Shown in pieces: positions 8,145-16,644 of a DNA stretch of 32,730 nt. The position numbers and the translations under genes are program-made. The first letter of the stretch is position 1, and each line of letters begins with the position of its first letter. Origin of the DNA: an uncultured Verrucomicrobiae bacterium (GTDB taxonomy: Bacteria > Verrucomicrobiota > Verrucomicrobiia > Verrucomicrobiales > DEV007); contig CALDKL010000500.1 in NCBI GenBank assembly GCA_937898895.1, positions 1 to 32,730 on the forward strand, read 5' to 3'. The notes beneath the pieces are model-generated. The model worked only from the letters and a program-made list of their open reading frames with translations, searched no databases and was not told the DNA's origin.

Positions 8145-9545
8145 ATGAGTCCATCGTCTTCCTCCGGCAAACATCTCTATTTCATGGGCATCTGCGGCAC
8201 CGCGATGGGCTCCGTCGCCGCCGCCTTTCGCGACGCGGGCTTCCGTGTGACGGGATCGGACAGTTCGGTCTACGATCCGATGAAGTCTTTTCTTGAGGGG
8301 CGCGGCATCACCATCCTCGATGGATACAAGGCGGAGAATCTTCCCGACGACGTCGATCTCTTTGTCATTGGAAATGCCCAGAGCCGCGGCAATCCGGAGG
8401 TCGAGGAAGTCCTGCGCCGCAAGCTCCATTATGTTTCCATGCCCGAATTGCTCCGCGAGCAGATCCTCCGGGGGAAACGCAACTTCGTCGTCAGCGGCAC
8501 CCACGGAAAGACCACGACTTCCTCGCTCCTGGCCTGGATCCTCGAGTCGGCGGGACGGAATCCGAATTTCGTCATCGGCGGCATTCCCGAGAATCTCGGT
8601 CAGGGTGCGCGTTTTACCGGGGGCGAACTCACCGTTCTCGAGGGCGATGAGTACGATTCGGCCTTCTTCGACAAGCGCTCGAAGTTCATCCATTACCTGC
8701 CCGAACTCGTCATCGTGAACAATCTCGAGTTCGACCACGCCGACATCTTCGAGAACCTCGATGCGGTGAAAAAAACTTTTGGTCACCTCGTCCGACTCGT
8801 TCCCGAAAACGGTCTCGTCCTGCTCAACGGCGACGACGCGAATGCTCTCGAGATTTTCGCCAAGCAGGGGCATTCGCCGTGCAAACGCGTCGGTCTGGGG
8901 TCTGATTGCGAGGCCCGCATCACTGAGATCGACTATCGGCCCGAGGGCACCAGCTTTGCTCTCGAGGGCGAGCGCTACGAGACGGGAATGAACGGCGAAT
9001 ACAACGTCCGCAACGCGGCCATGGCGATCACGGCGGCCCGCTTTGCGGGGGTCTCGCCCGAGGTCATCCGCGCGGCCGTTGCCGCCTTCCGCAGTGTCAA
9101 GCGACGTCAGGAAGTGCGTGGCGTCACCTCGCGGAACGTCACTATCGTCGATGATTTTGGCCACCACCCCACCGCCATCCGCGAAGCCATTGCGGGGATG
9201 CGGAACCGCTTCGCCGGCCGCCGACTCTGGGCCGTCTTCGAACCTCGTTCCAATACGACGCGCCGCCGGGTCTTTCAGGAGGCGCTGCCCGAAGCTCTCG
9301 GCACCGCCGACGGCGTCTGCATCGCTGCGGTGGCCCGCGCCGACAAACTCGGCGAAGGCGAACGCCTCGATACGGACTTGCTCATGAAAACCCTCCGCGA
9401 CCGCCGTCTGCCCGCCTTTTATGAACCCGACGCGGATGCCATCGTGAAGCGGCTCGTCGAACAAACCCGCGAAGGCGATGTCGTCATCGTCTTCAGCAAT
9501 GGCGGATTCGATGGCATTCACGAAAAACTGCTGAACAATCTGTAA
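8145..9545 (+). CDS. mpl: UDP-N-acetylmuramate:L-alanyl-gamma-D-glutamyl-meso-diaminopimelate ligase (murein tripeptide ligase)
   Basis: GICGTAMG, GNAQSRGNPE, GTHGKTTT, EGDEYDSAFFDKRSKF, NNLEFDHADIF, DDFGHHPT, FEPRSNT, SNGGF. ATG at 8145. Confidence 0.92.
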   Translation: MSPSSSSGKHLYFMGICGTAMGSVAAAFRDAGFRVTGSDSSVYDPMKSFLEGRGITILDGYKAENLPDDVDLFVIGNAQSRGNPEVEEVLRRKLHYVSMPELLREQILRGKRNFVVSGTHGKTTTSSLLAWILESAGRNPNFVIGGIPENLGQGARFTGGELTVLEGDEYDSAFFDKRSKFIHYLPELVIVNNLEFDHADIFENLDAVKKTFGHLVRLVPENGLVLLNGDDANALEIFAKQGHSPCKRVGLGSDCEARITEIDYRPEGTSFALEGERYETGMNGEYNVRNAAMAITAARFAGVSPEVIRAAVAAFRSVKRRQEVRGVTSRNVTIVDDFGHHPTAIREAIAGMRNRFAGRRLWAVFEPRSNTTRRRVFQEALPEALGTADGVCIAAVARADKLGEGERLDTDLLMKTLRDRRLPAFYEPDADAIVKRLVEQTREGDVVIVFSNGGFDGIHEKLLNNL

Positions 9546-9615
9546 AATTCGCAATTTCTGGAAGAAATTTCAAACCTTTCGGGGTAGGGTTGCGACTTTG
9601 AACCCGGTATTGTCA

Positions 9616-10494
9616 ATGACTCGACCCTCTTGGGTGGGGAGGTGGTTTGTCCTCGTCGCGGTCGCGATCCTGCCCGTAGCGAGGGTGGTGGCGGAGCCAC
9701 ATGATCACGCCGATTCCTCCCACGAAGAGAGTTCGGTCGTGCCCGATCCCGCCGAGCGGATTCATTCTGTCGAGCTGGACTACGAAATCCGGCGCGATGG
9801 CACGGTGGCGTTCGAACAGCGGTTCCGTCTTGGTGTTGCCGGTGTTGCGATTCATCGTGGCCCTGTCTTGAATTTCCTCACGGCTTTTCGGGGACCGGGG
9901 GGGCTCATTCTCGACAACGAACTCGAGATTCTCGAGGTCACCCGGGATGGTTCTCCCGAGGAGTTCCGAGTCGAGCCGAGAGACGGATTCACGACCGTCT
10001 TTGTTGGCAGCCCGGGCCGCGATCTCGAGCCGCGCATTCACGAATATCGTGTCCGAGGACGCACCCAGTCGGACTGGCATCGGAGCGAAGGCGAATTTGC
10101 AGCGGTTTTTGATCTCGTCGGACCACTGCCCCGGCTGCCCATCGAGGCCCTCACGGCGAGGATACGCCTGCCCGAAGACATCGGGATTTCCCAGTACACA
10201 TCTTCCGTGACGGGCGTGATCGATCCCGTGGCGGAGAAAAGAGGGCCTGCCGTCGAATCGGGAGTTGCCGACGGAGTGCTGACGGTGCGCTCCACCGCCG
10301 CACTCGGCCCCGACCGCAGTTTCTTTGTCAATCTCACGTGGCCTTCGGCCACCTTTGCCACGAAGAGTCAGTGGCTGAAGGTGATGCGACAGCACCCGAA
10401 GCTTCCCTTGGCGGGTTTCTCCGCCTTTCTCCTGCTCTGGGTGCTGGTCCGCCTTGTGAAAACGATGTTCCGGCACACGCACGCCGCGTCGTGA
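9616..10494 (+). CDS. DUF2207-like exported/membrane-anchored protein (short form)
   Basis: Signal peptide, ERIHSVELDYEIRRDGTV..., IHRG, IHEYRVRG, LP, one C-terminal TM helix. Resembles the DUF2207 N-terminal domain. Confidence 0.6.
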   Translation: MTRPSWVGRWFVLVAVAILPVARVVAEPHDHADSSHEESSVVPDPAERIHSVELDYEIRRDGTVAFEQRFRLGVAGVAIHRGPVLNFLTAFRGPGGLILDNELEILEVTRDGSPEEFRVEPRDGFTTVFVGSPGRDLEPRIHEYRVRGRTQSDWHRSEGEFAAVFDLVGPLPRLPIEALTARIRLPEDIGISQYTSSVTGVIDPVAEKRGPAVESGVADGVLTVRSTAALGPDRSFFVNLTWPSATFATKSQWLKVMRQHPKLPLAGFSAFLLLWVLVRLVKTMFRHTHAAS

Positions 10495-10542
10495 CGGAGG
10501 AGGTTTCCGGATTGCGCGAGGCGCGGCGAGAAAAGCGCCCGC

Positions 10543-11397
10543 TCAGGGTTTCCACGCCTTCACGAATTCGACACACTTCGTCACTTCGGGGAGAGAATTC
10601 TCCCAGTTGTGTTCGTATTCGATCGAGGCGGGGCCGTCGAAGCCCTGGGATTTGAGTTCGGCGAGCAGGGCGGACATGTCCGCCGCACCGGTCCCGTAGG
10701 GCACGTCGTGGGCCTCTTTGCCAACTTCGTTGAGATCCTTGAGATGGCTGCTGACGACGCGGCCTTTGAGAATGCGCAGACAATCGATCGGCTTCAGCCC
10801 CGAACGCATCCAGTGACCCGTGTCGGCGCAGGCTCCGATGCGAGGATCTCGGTCTTTGACGAGTCCCACAACGTATTCAGGATCCCACACTTTGTAGTTG
10901 GTGTCTTTTTCGCGTTTCGGGTGATTGTGGAAACCGACCCGGATGTCGTATTCCCTGACGAGCTTCTCAAAGGTGTCGATGGCGTCGGTCGACTCGGTGT
11001 TGATGACGCGGATGCCGAGAGTCTTGCAGAACTCGAAGACCTTGCGCGAGGCGGCCTCGTCCTTGCTGAGCGCGACGACTCCGTAGGCCACTGCGGTGAT
11101 TCCGTGTTCGGCGAGTTTGGTCTTCACCTTGGCAATCGTTTCGGGAGCGGCGTTGTGGTCGAGCTTGGTCTCCGGCTCGGCGGGAGACAGCTTTTGTCCT
11201 GGATAAAACTCGATCACCTTCGCCCCGGAGGCGGCGGTTTTTTCAATCGCTTCAAATACGGTGAAGCGATTGAAGGTGTAGGCCTGACAGCCGATGGCGA
11301 CTCCGTTGATGCGGCAGGAGTCTGGAATCGGGTCCGCAACGCACAGTCCGGCGGAGGCGAACAAGAGAAAGGCGAGGGTGCGAACGATGGTTTTCAT
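10543..11397 (-). CDS. Secreted sugar-phosphate isomerase/epimerase family (xylose isomerase-like TIM barrel)
   Basis: Signal peptide; QAYTF, IEFYPGQ, FHNH, DTGHW, HLKD and IEYE metal-ligand pattern. Confidence 0.85.
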   Translation of the reverse strand: MKTIVRTLAFLLFASAGLCVADPIPDSCRINGVAIGCQAYTFNRFTVFEAIEKTAASGAKVIEFYPGQKLSPAEPETKLDHNAAPETIAKVKTKLAEHGITAVAYGVVALSKDEAASRKVFEFCKTLGIRVINTESTDAIDTFEKLVREYDIRVGFHNHPKREKDTNYKVWDPEYVVGLVKDRDPRIGACADTGHWMRSGLKPIDCLRILKGRVVSSHLKDLNEVGKEAHDVPYGTGAADMSALLAELKSQGFDGPASIEYEHNWENSLPEVTKCVEFVKAWKP

Positions 11398-11508
11398 AGG
11401 AGATGGAATCCCGCAGTGTAGTCTCGGGGTGAGAGATCAGGAAATTGTTTTTTCCGTCAGGCCGCCCCCTTCTCTCGGGAGGATGCGGCATCGGGAGTGA
11501 CGGTCGAA

Positions 11509-12834
11509 TCAGGCGCAACCGAGCCGTTTCTGCACTTCTTCCAGAGGCACGCCCTTGGTTTCCACCACCGCGAGTCGCACCCACAGGAGCTGCAGCATCA
11601 TCATGAACGCGAAGAAGGCAAAGACCGCTCCGGGCGGGAACGAGGCCACCATCGTCGGAAAAAACGTGGTGAGCAGCGCCGCGAAGACCCAGTGGGTGCC
11701 GCTGCCGAGGGCCTGGCCCGCCGCTCGGTAACGGTCGGGAAAGATCTCCGAGATGAAAACCCAAATAACTGCGCCCTGTCCAATGGCGTGGGCCGCGATG
11801 AAGGCGAAAATGCAGATCGGGACGATGTCGAAGTGTTCCGTGTAAAAGGCCCAGGAGCACAAACCCAGGGACAAGATGTAGCCGAGCGATCCGATGAAAA
11901 GCAGGGTGCGCCGCCCCAGTCGGTCGATGAGCCACAGCCCCACGAAGGTGAAGACGAGATTGGTCAGGCCAATGCCGACGGACTGGAGCAGTGCCGACTT
12001 TGCGCCGAGACCGGTCATTTCAAAGATCCTCGGTGCGAAATAGAGCACCGCGTTGATCCCGGAGAGCTGATTGAAAAAGGCGATGAGAAACGCCAGGAAA
12101 ATTGGTTTGCGCAGCCCGGCGCGGAAGAATCCCCTGCCGGAGACCTCGGAGTGCGCGGCAGCCTCCATCTCGCGGATCCGGTTCTCCTGCTCCGCATCGC
12201 CGACTCGCGGATCGATCATCCGCAACACATCCAGCGCGGCCGTGCGATCTCTCTGGCGGATGAGAAGCCAGCGTGGGCTCTCTGGGATCATCAGGCACGC
12301 CGCAGTGTAGAGCAACGAGGGCACTGCCATGACCCCGAGCATCCAGCGCCATGCGTTCTCGCCGACGGATTCGAGGAGGAAGTTCGACAAGAATGCGATC
12401 AGGATGCCGAAGACAATGTTGAACTGAAACATCCCTGCGAGACGTCCGCGTCGCTCCGGCGGGGAAATCTCGGCGATGTAGAGGGGGGCAGCGACGGTGG
12501 AAACGCCAATTCCGAGACCGCCCAGGAACCGTGCCGCAATGAAGGACCCGACGTCCTGGGCGAACGCTGACCAAAGGGAGCCGACGAGAAACAGGAGACC
12601 CACCCAGAGCAGCGTCTTCTTTCGTCCGAATCGGTCCGTCGGCCAGCCTCCCAGCAAAGAACCCGCGACCGTTCCCCACAGCGCCGCGCCTGTGGCGAGT
12701 CCATGCATAGAATCGCTCAGGCCCCAAAGACTTTGTATTGTCTTTTCCGCGCCAGAGATGACGACCGTGTCGAAGCCAAAGAGAAATCCGGCGAGGGAGG
12801 AGACCAGTGACCAAAGAAAGATCCGGGAGTTCAT
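11509..12834 (-). CDS. Sugar porter family MFS transporter
   Basis: GFLFGFDT.VISGA, DRFGRK, YIAEISPP..RG, PESPRWL, QLSGINA.LY, DRLGRR, ETKG..LEE. Confidence 0.95.
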   Translation of the reverse strand: MNSRIFLWSLVSSLAGFLFGFDTVVISGAEKTIQSLWGLSDSMHGLATGAALWGTVAGSLLGGWPTDRFGRKKTLLWVGLLFLVGSLWSAFAQDVGSFIAARFLGGLGIGVSTVAAPLYIAEISPPERRGRLAGMFQFNIVFGILIAFLSNFLLESVGENAWRWMLGVMAVPSLLYTAACLMIPESPRWLLIRQRDRTAALDVLRMIDPRVGDAEQENRIREMEAAAHSEVSGRGFFRAGLRKPIFLAFLIAFFNQLSGINAVLYFAPRIFEMTGLGAKSALLQSVGIGLTNLVFTFVGLWLIDRLGRRTLLFIGSLGYILSLGLCSWAFYTEHFDIVPICIFAFIAAHAIGQGAVIWVFISEIFPDRYRAAGQALGSGTHWVFAALLTTFFPTMVASFPPGAVFAFFAFMMMLQLLWVRLAVVETKGVPLEEVQKRLGCA

Positions 12835-12855
12835 GGAGCCATGGGGAATCCGATC

Positions 12856-15021
12856 TTACTTCGCACCCCACGCGGAACGCAATTCGTGGATTTCCAGCGA
12901 GGTCACCTTCGCGTCCCCGCCGCGAGCCTCAAGGGAGAAGCGCCGGTTTTCCGGCTTCATGAGATATGGCATCGGCACATAACAGAGACCGTCGGAGGCA
13001 AAGACCTCGGCTCCGGTACGATCACAGTAGACGATGAGGTGCTGCCTGCCGTCGCGAAGCGGCGCGGGCACGCGATGGTCCGCGACAATGAGTTCCTGCC
13101 GCGTCCCGTCGTATTCGATCCGAAGATCACGGATCTGAAAGACGACTTCTTTCGCGTCGCCGGGTTCGAATTCGACGCGCACTTCGGCGAGTTCCGCGCG
13201 GATCGCCTCGAGAGGATTTCGGTCGCCGGGATGGAGCGTCATCGCATCGACGCGATGGGTTCGGGTGCGCAGCGACTCGAGTTCCCGCACCGGTGCAAAG
13301 GTCATCCGCGGGCCATCCGGAGTCGTGCGAAGCCTCAGCTCGAGCGGAACGGTCATGGACTGGTTGAATGGCATCCCTTTCGTTTCCGTCCGCCACCAGC
13401 CGATGAAGACACGCCGTCCGTCGGGAACGTCGCTGAACGACTGGGCGGCGTAGAATCCCTTTCCAAGATGGCCGGGGAGGCGCTCGTGTTCCGGCGAGAA
13501 TTTCACCCCATCGAAATGCCCGAGAGCATACCGGCTATCTGCTCCGAGCAGCACCCACCACTTTCGCCCGGGGTCTCCGTCCACGGGAAGCGAAAAGAAG
13601 TCGGGGCACTCGTAGAGAAAGCGATCACTCCCCTCGCCCCCCTCCGCGAGGCTCGCAAGGGTCCATTCGCGCAAATTCGGCGAGGTGAAAAAGTGGACGG
13701 AGTGTTTCGCTTCGCGCTCGACGTAGAGCACCATGACCCATCGTTGGGTTGGCTCGTGCCAGATGACTTTCGGATCGCGGTTTCCGCGGGTGATCTCGTT
13801 GAGAATGGGGTTTTCGCGGTACTTGGTGAAGGTGCGACCGTCGGTGCTGTAAGCGATCCCTTGTACCGTCGGATTCCCGGCGGCGGTGTAGAACAGGACC
13901 AGCGGTGCTTCCCCGTCTTTGCCGAAGCCGCTCGTGTTCTTCCAGTCCACTACGGCACTGCCGCTGTACATCGGTCCCATGTCGTCGGGGAGCAGGGCGT
14001 CGCCGAGTTCTTCCCAGTGGACGAGGTCTTTGCTCACGGCGTGGCCCCAGTGCATGTTTCCCCAGGTCCATCCGTAGGGATTGTGCTGGAAAAAGAGGTG
14101 GTATTCGCCCTTGTAGAACACGCAACCGTTCGGGTCGTTGTTCCATCCGCGTCTGGCCGAGAAATGGAACTGCCCGCGGAGCGGTTCCTGGTAGAGGGTT
14201 TCGGCTCCTTTGAGGGAGTCACTCGCCTCGATCTGGCGGAGTGCGGCGGAGTCCCCCGGCAGCTTGTCCACCCGCAGCGTGAGCTTCTGGCCCTTCCATC
14301 GGCTCACGTCCATCGGTGCCCACCAGTCGGGGGTGTCATCGGCGAGACCGATGTCGTTTCTCACGATCGGTTTTCCATCCACCAGCAGCGTGACGACGCG
14401 CTTCGTCGCGCCGTTGCGGATGGGCAAGTGCAGGTAGCGCGACGTCGCCGGAAAGGAGCGCTCCGCATGACTCAAGGCCCCGGCTGGTTTTGTATCTGTC
14501 AGGACGATGTGATCCACGTTCAGGTGTCCCCAGCCACCTTTCGCATGGTCAAGGATGCGCAGTCTCGCAGACTGTCCGGCGAATTCGGTTACGTCCCACG
14601 ATTCCAGTGCCAGCGTTTCACTTCCACCCGGTCGATCATTGGGTCCGGTCGCGCTCCGCACTACTTTCCCGTTCACCAGCAACTGCAGGGCAAGCGTTTC
14701 GGGGTTCTTTCCGCCACCGATGAGAAAGGAGAGAAATTTCCGCTCGATGCGGAACTCCGGCGACTCCAGCGTGCCGATGCTGTCGTCTCCGCGGAAAAAG
14801 GTATTGACCAGACCGCGCCCCCGAAAGCCCTCGACATTCATCTGTCCGGGCAGAGCACCCTGGGCGGGGCCGGGACCCAATGCCACGCCTTCGCTTTTCC
14901 AGGGAGCATAGGTGTCGCCTTCGAAGTCGGCGAACAGAATGTCCTCGGCGTCGCATCGGGCCGTGGCCATCCCCGTCCACGTCGCGACGAAAAGGGCTGT
15001 GATCCGGAATCGAAAATTCAT
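12856..15021 (-). CDS. Glycoside hydrolase family 32 (levanase/beta-fructosidase-like), secreted, with long N-terminal extension
   Basis: WNNDPNG (nucleophile), WGHAVS, YSGSAV, RDPKV, ECPD (acid/base) and FYAAQSF. Start placed at MNFRFRITAL (ATG 15021, signal-like). Confidence 0.93.
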   Translation of the reverse strand: MNFRFRITALFVATWTGMATARCDAEDILFADFEGDTYAPWKSEGVALGPGPAQGALPGQMNVEGFRGRGLVNTFFRGDDSIGTLESPEFRIERKFLSFLIGGGKNPETLALQLLVNGKVVRSATGPNDRPGGSETLALESWDVTEFAGQSARLRILDHAKGGWGHLNVDHIVLTDTKPAGALSHAERSFPATSRYLHLPIRNGATKRVVTLLVDGKPIVRNDIGLADDTPDWWAPMDVSRWKGQKLTLRVDKLPGDSAALRQIEASDSLKGAETLYQEPLRGQFHFSARRGWNNDPNGCVFYKGEYHLFFQHNPYGWTWGNMHWGHAVSKDLVHWEELGDALLPDDMGPMYSGSAVVDWKNTSGFGKDGEAPLVLFYTAAGNPTVQGIAYSTDGRTFTKYRENPILNEITRGNRDPKVIWHEPTQRWVMVLYVEREAKHSVHFFTSPNLREWTLASLAEGGEGSDRFLYECPDFFSLPVDGDPGRKWWVLLGADSRYALGHFDGVKFSPEHERLPGHLGKGFYAAQSFSDVPDGRRVFIGWWRTETKGMPFNQSMTVPLELRLRTTPDGPRMTFAPVRELESLRTRTHRVDAMTLHPGDRNPLEAIRAELAEVRVEFEPGDAKEVVFQIRDLRIEYDGTRQELIVADHRVPAPLRDGRQHLIVYCDRTGAEVFASDGLCYVPMPYLMKPENRRFSLEARGGDAKVTSLEIHELRSAWGAK

Positions 15022-15048
15022 GGAGAATGTGGGGGTGGCCCGTGGCTT

Positions 15049-15070
15049 CTCGGCGGGGGATCTCGCCGAG
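15049..15070. other. GC-rich hairpin in the nuoN-GH32 intergenic region
   Basis: CTCGGCG (15049-15055) / CGCCGAG (15064-15070); no U-tract, so not a classical intrinsic terminator. Confidence 0.3.
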
Positions 15071-15156
15071 GATTCCGGGGAGGGATTGCACCCTTCAGGA
15101 TGGCCTTCCCCGATCCCTTCTGCACTGGCATCATCACGGCGAGACCCGGGGTCCAC

Positions 15157-16644
15157 TCAACGTGCGGCGAGCGACTCCGCCACCGCCCTGGCGATCGGGT
15201 CCAGCAGGAGCGAGGGAAAAAGCCCGAGAACGACGAGGGCCACTGCCGGGATGCCAATGGCCAAAGCATGACCGGGGGAGAGACGGTCGGAACGGACTTC
15301 GGCGGATTCCTTCACGAAAGCTTCTTTGAGAATGCAGAGGTAGTAGTAGAGCGAGACCGCGCTCATGACCGAGGCGAGTCCCACCAGCCAGGTGATGCCG
15401 GAGCCTTCCCCCCGGATGGTTCCGGCCATCGCCGTGCTGAAGATGGCAAATTTTCCGACAAAACCAGCGAACGGCGGGATGCCTGCGAGCGAGGCCATGA
15501 AGATCAGCAAAGCCACCGCCTGCAGCGGCGAGTGATGGACGAGTCCGGCGAAGGCCTGCGGTGAGTCGTTTCCCTGGTGGCGCTCGACCGAGGCCGTGAG
15601 CGACAGGGCTCCGAGGGTTGCAAGGCCATAGACCACCACGTAGAACAAAGCGGCTCCGGTCGATGCCGGGGCGTTCGCACAAATTCCCACGAGCAGATAG
15701 CCGGTGTTCGCCACGGCGGAATAGGCGAGAAGGCGGCGGACGCTGGACTGGGCGAGGGCGAGCACGTTTCCGAAGAGGATGGAGACCGCTGCGAGCACTG
15801 CAAGCCAGAGCGACCATCCGGCGCTCATCGATCCCCATGCGGCAGAGCCGTCGACGGCCGCGAAACCGATCTGGAGAAAGCGAATCAGCACCACCAGGCC
15901 CGCCGCCTTCGAAGCGGCGGAGACCAGAGCCACGCTGGTGGCGGGAGCCCCCTGATAGACATCCGGAGCCCAGTAGTGGAAGGGCGCGGCGGCGAGTTTG
16001 AATCCCAGGGCGACCAGCACCATGACGAGCCCCGCCATCGCCAGCGGCGAGACGCCGGACTTCAGCGCGAGCGCCACATCGGTCAGGGTGGCGGCGTGGG
16101 AAAACCCATAGATCCAACTCAACCCGAACAAGAGAAAAGCGGCCGATACACCGCCAAAGAGAAAGTATTTCAGCGAGGCCTCGGCCGCGCGTGCGCTCCT
16201 CGAAAATCCGGCCAGGAGATAGAGCGAGAGACTGGCGAGTTCGAGCGCGACGAAGAGAAAGAGCAAATGGTTCGTGCCCGTGGCGAGGAGCAGCCCGGTG
16301 AGCGCAAAGAGCATCAGGGCCAAAACCTCGCCCGGCTCGCGGATCTCCTTCTGGCCCGGCGGCAGCAGGACCGCGAGCAGGCCGAGTGCCAGCACCACAC
16401 CCTTGCCGAGCCGGGCCATGGAGTCGAGCAGGACCAGGGAAGAACCCGCAGTTTCCGACGGCACCCGGCCGAGGGCGAGCAGAGCGAGGAGGATGCCACT
16501 GGCGGCGATGCCGGTCGCACTCCCGACGGAGAAAGAGCGTCCGGTTTTTCGCTCGGTGGCGACGGCGACACCCAGGAGCACGAGTGCGGTGATGACCAGC
16601 ACGGCTTCCGGCAGGAGTTGCATGAAGAGAGCGGAGACGTTCAC
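15157..16644 (-). CDS. nuoN: Complex I antiporter-like subunit N
   Basis: ALELASLSLY, EASLKYF, GFKLAAAPFHYWAPDVYQGAP, RLLAYS, SLAGIPPFAGFVGKF. GTG start overlaps the upstream stop (GTGA). Confidence 0.93.
   Translation of the reverse strand: MNVSALFMQLLPEAVLVITALVLLGVAVATERKTGRSFSVGSATGIAASGILLALLALGRVPSETAGSSLVLLDSMARLGKGVVLALGLLAVLLPPGQKEIREPGEVLALMLFALTGLLLATGTNHLLFLFVALELASLSLYLLAGFSRSARAAEASLKYFLFGGVSAAFLLFGLSWIYGFSHAATLTDVALALKSGVSPLAMAGLVMVLVALGFKLAAAPFHYWAPDVYQGAPATSVALVSAASKAAGLVVLIRFLQIGFAAVDGSAAWGSMSAGWSLWLAVLAAVSILFGNVLALAQSSVRRLLAYSAVANTGYLLVGICANAPASTGAALFYVVVYGLATLGALSLTASVERHQGNDSPQAFAGLVHHSPLQAVALLIFMASLAGIPPFAGFVGKFAIFSTAMAGTIRGEGSGITWLVGLASVMSAVSLYYYLCILKEAFVKESAEVRSDRLSPGHALAIGIPAVALVVLGLFPSLLLDPIARAVAESLAAR

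Noticed and set aside
12841-15564. 907-aa plus-strand ORF (and similar long ORFs at 7701-9554, 16839-18590, 18512-20455, 11497-12570)
   Set aside because: These are antisense shadows of well-supported genes in high-GC DNA and have no recognisable motifs.
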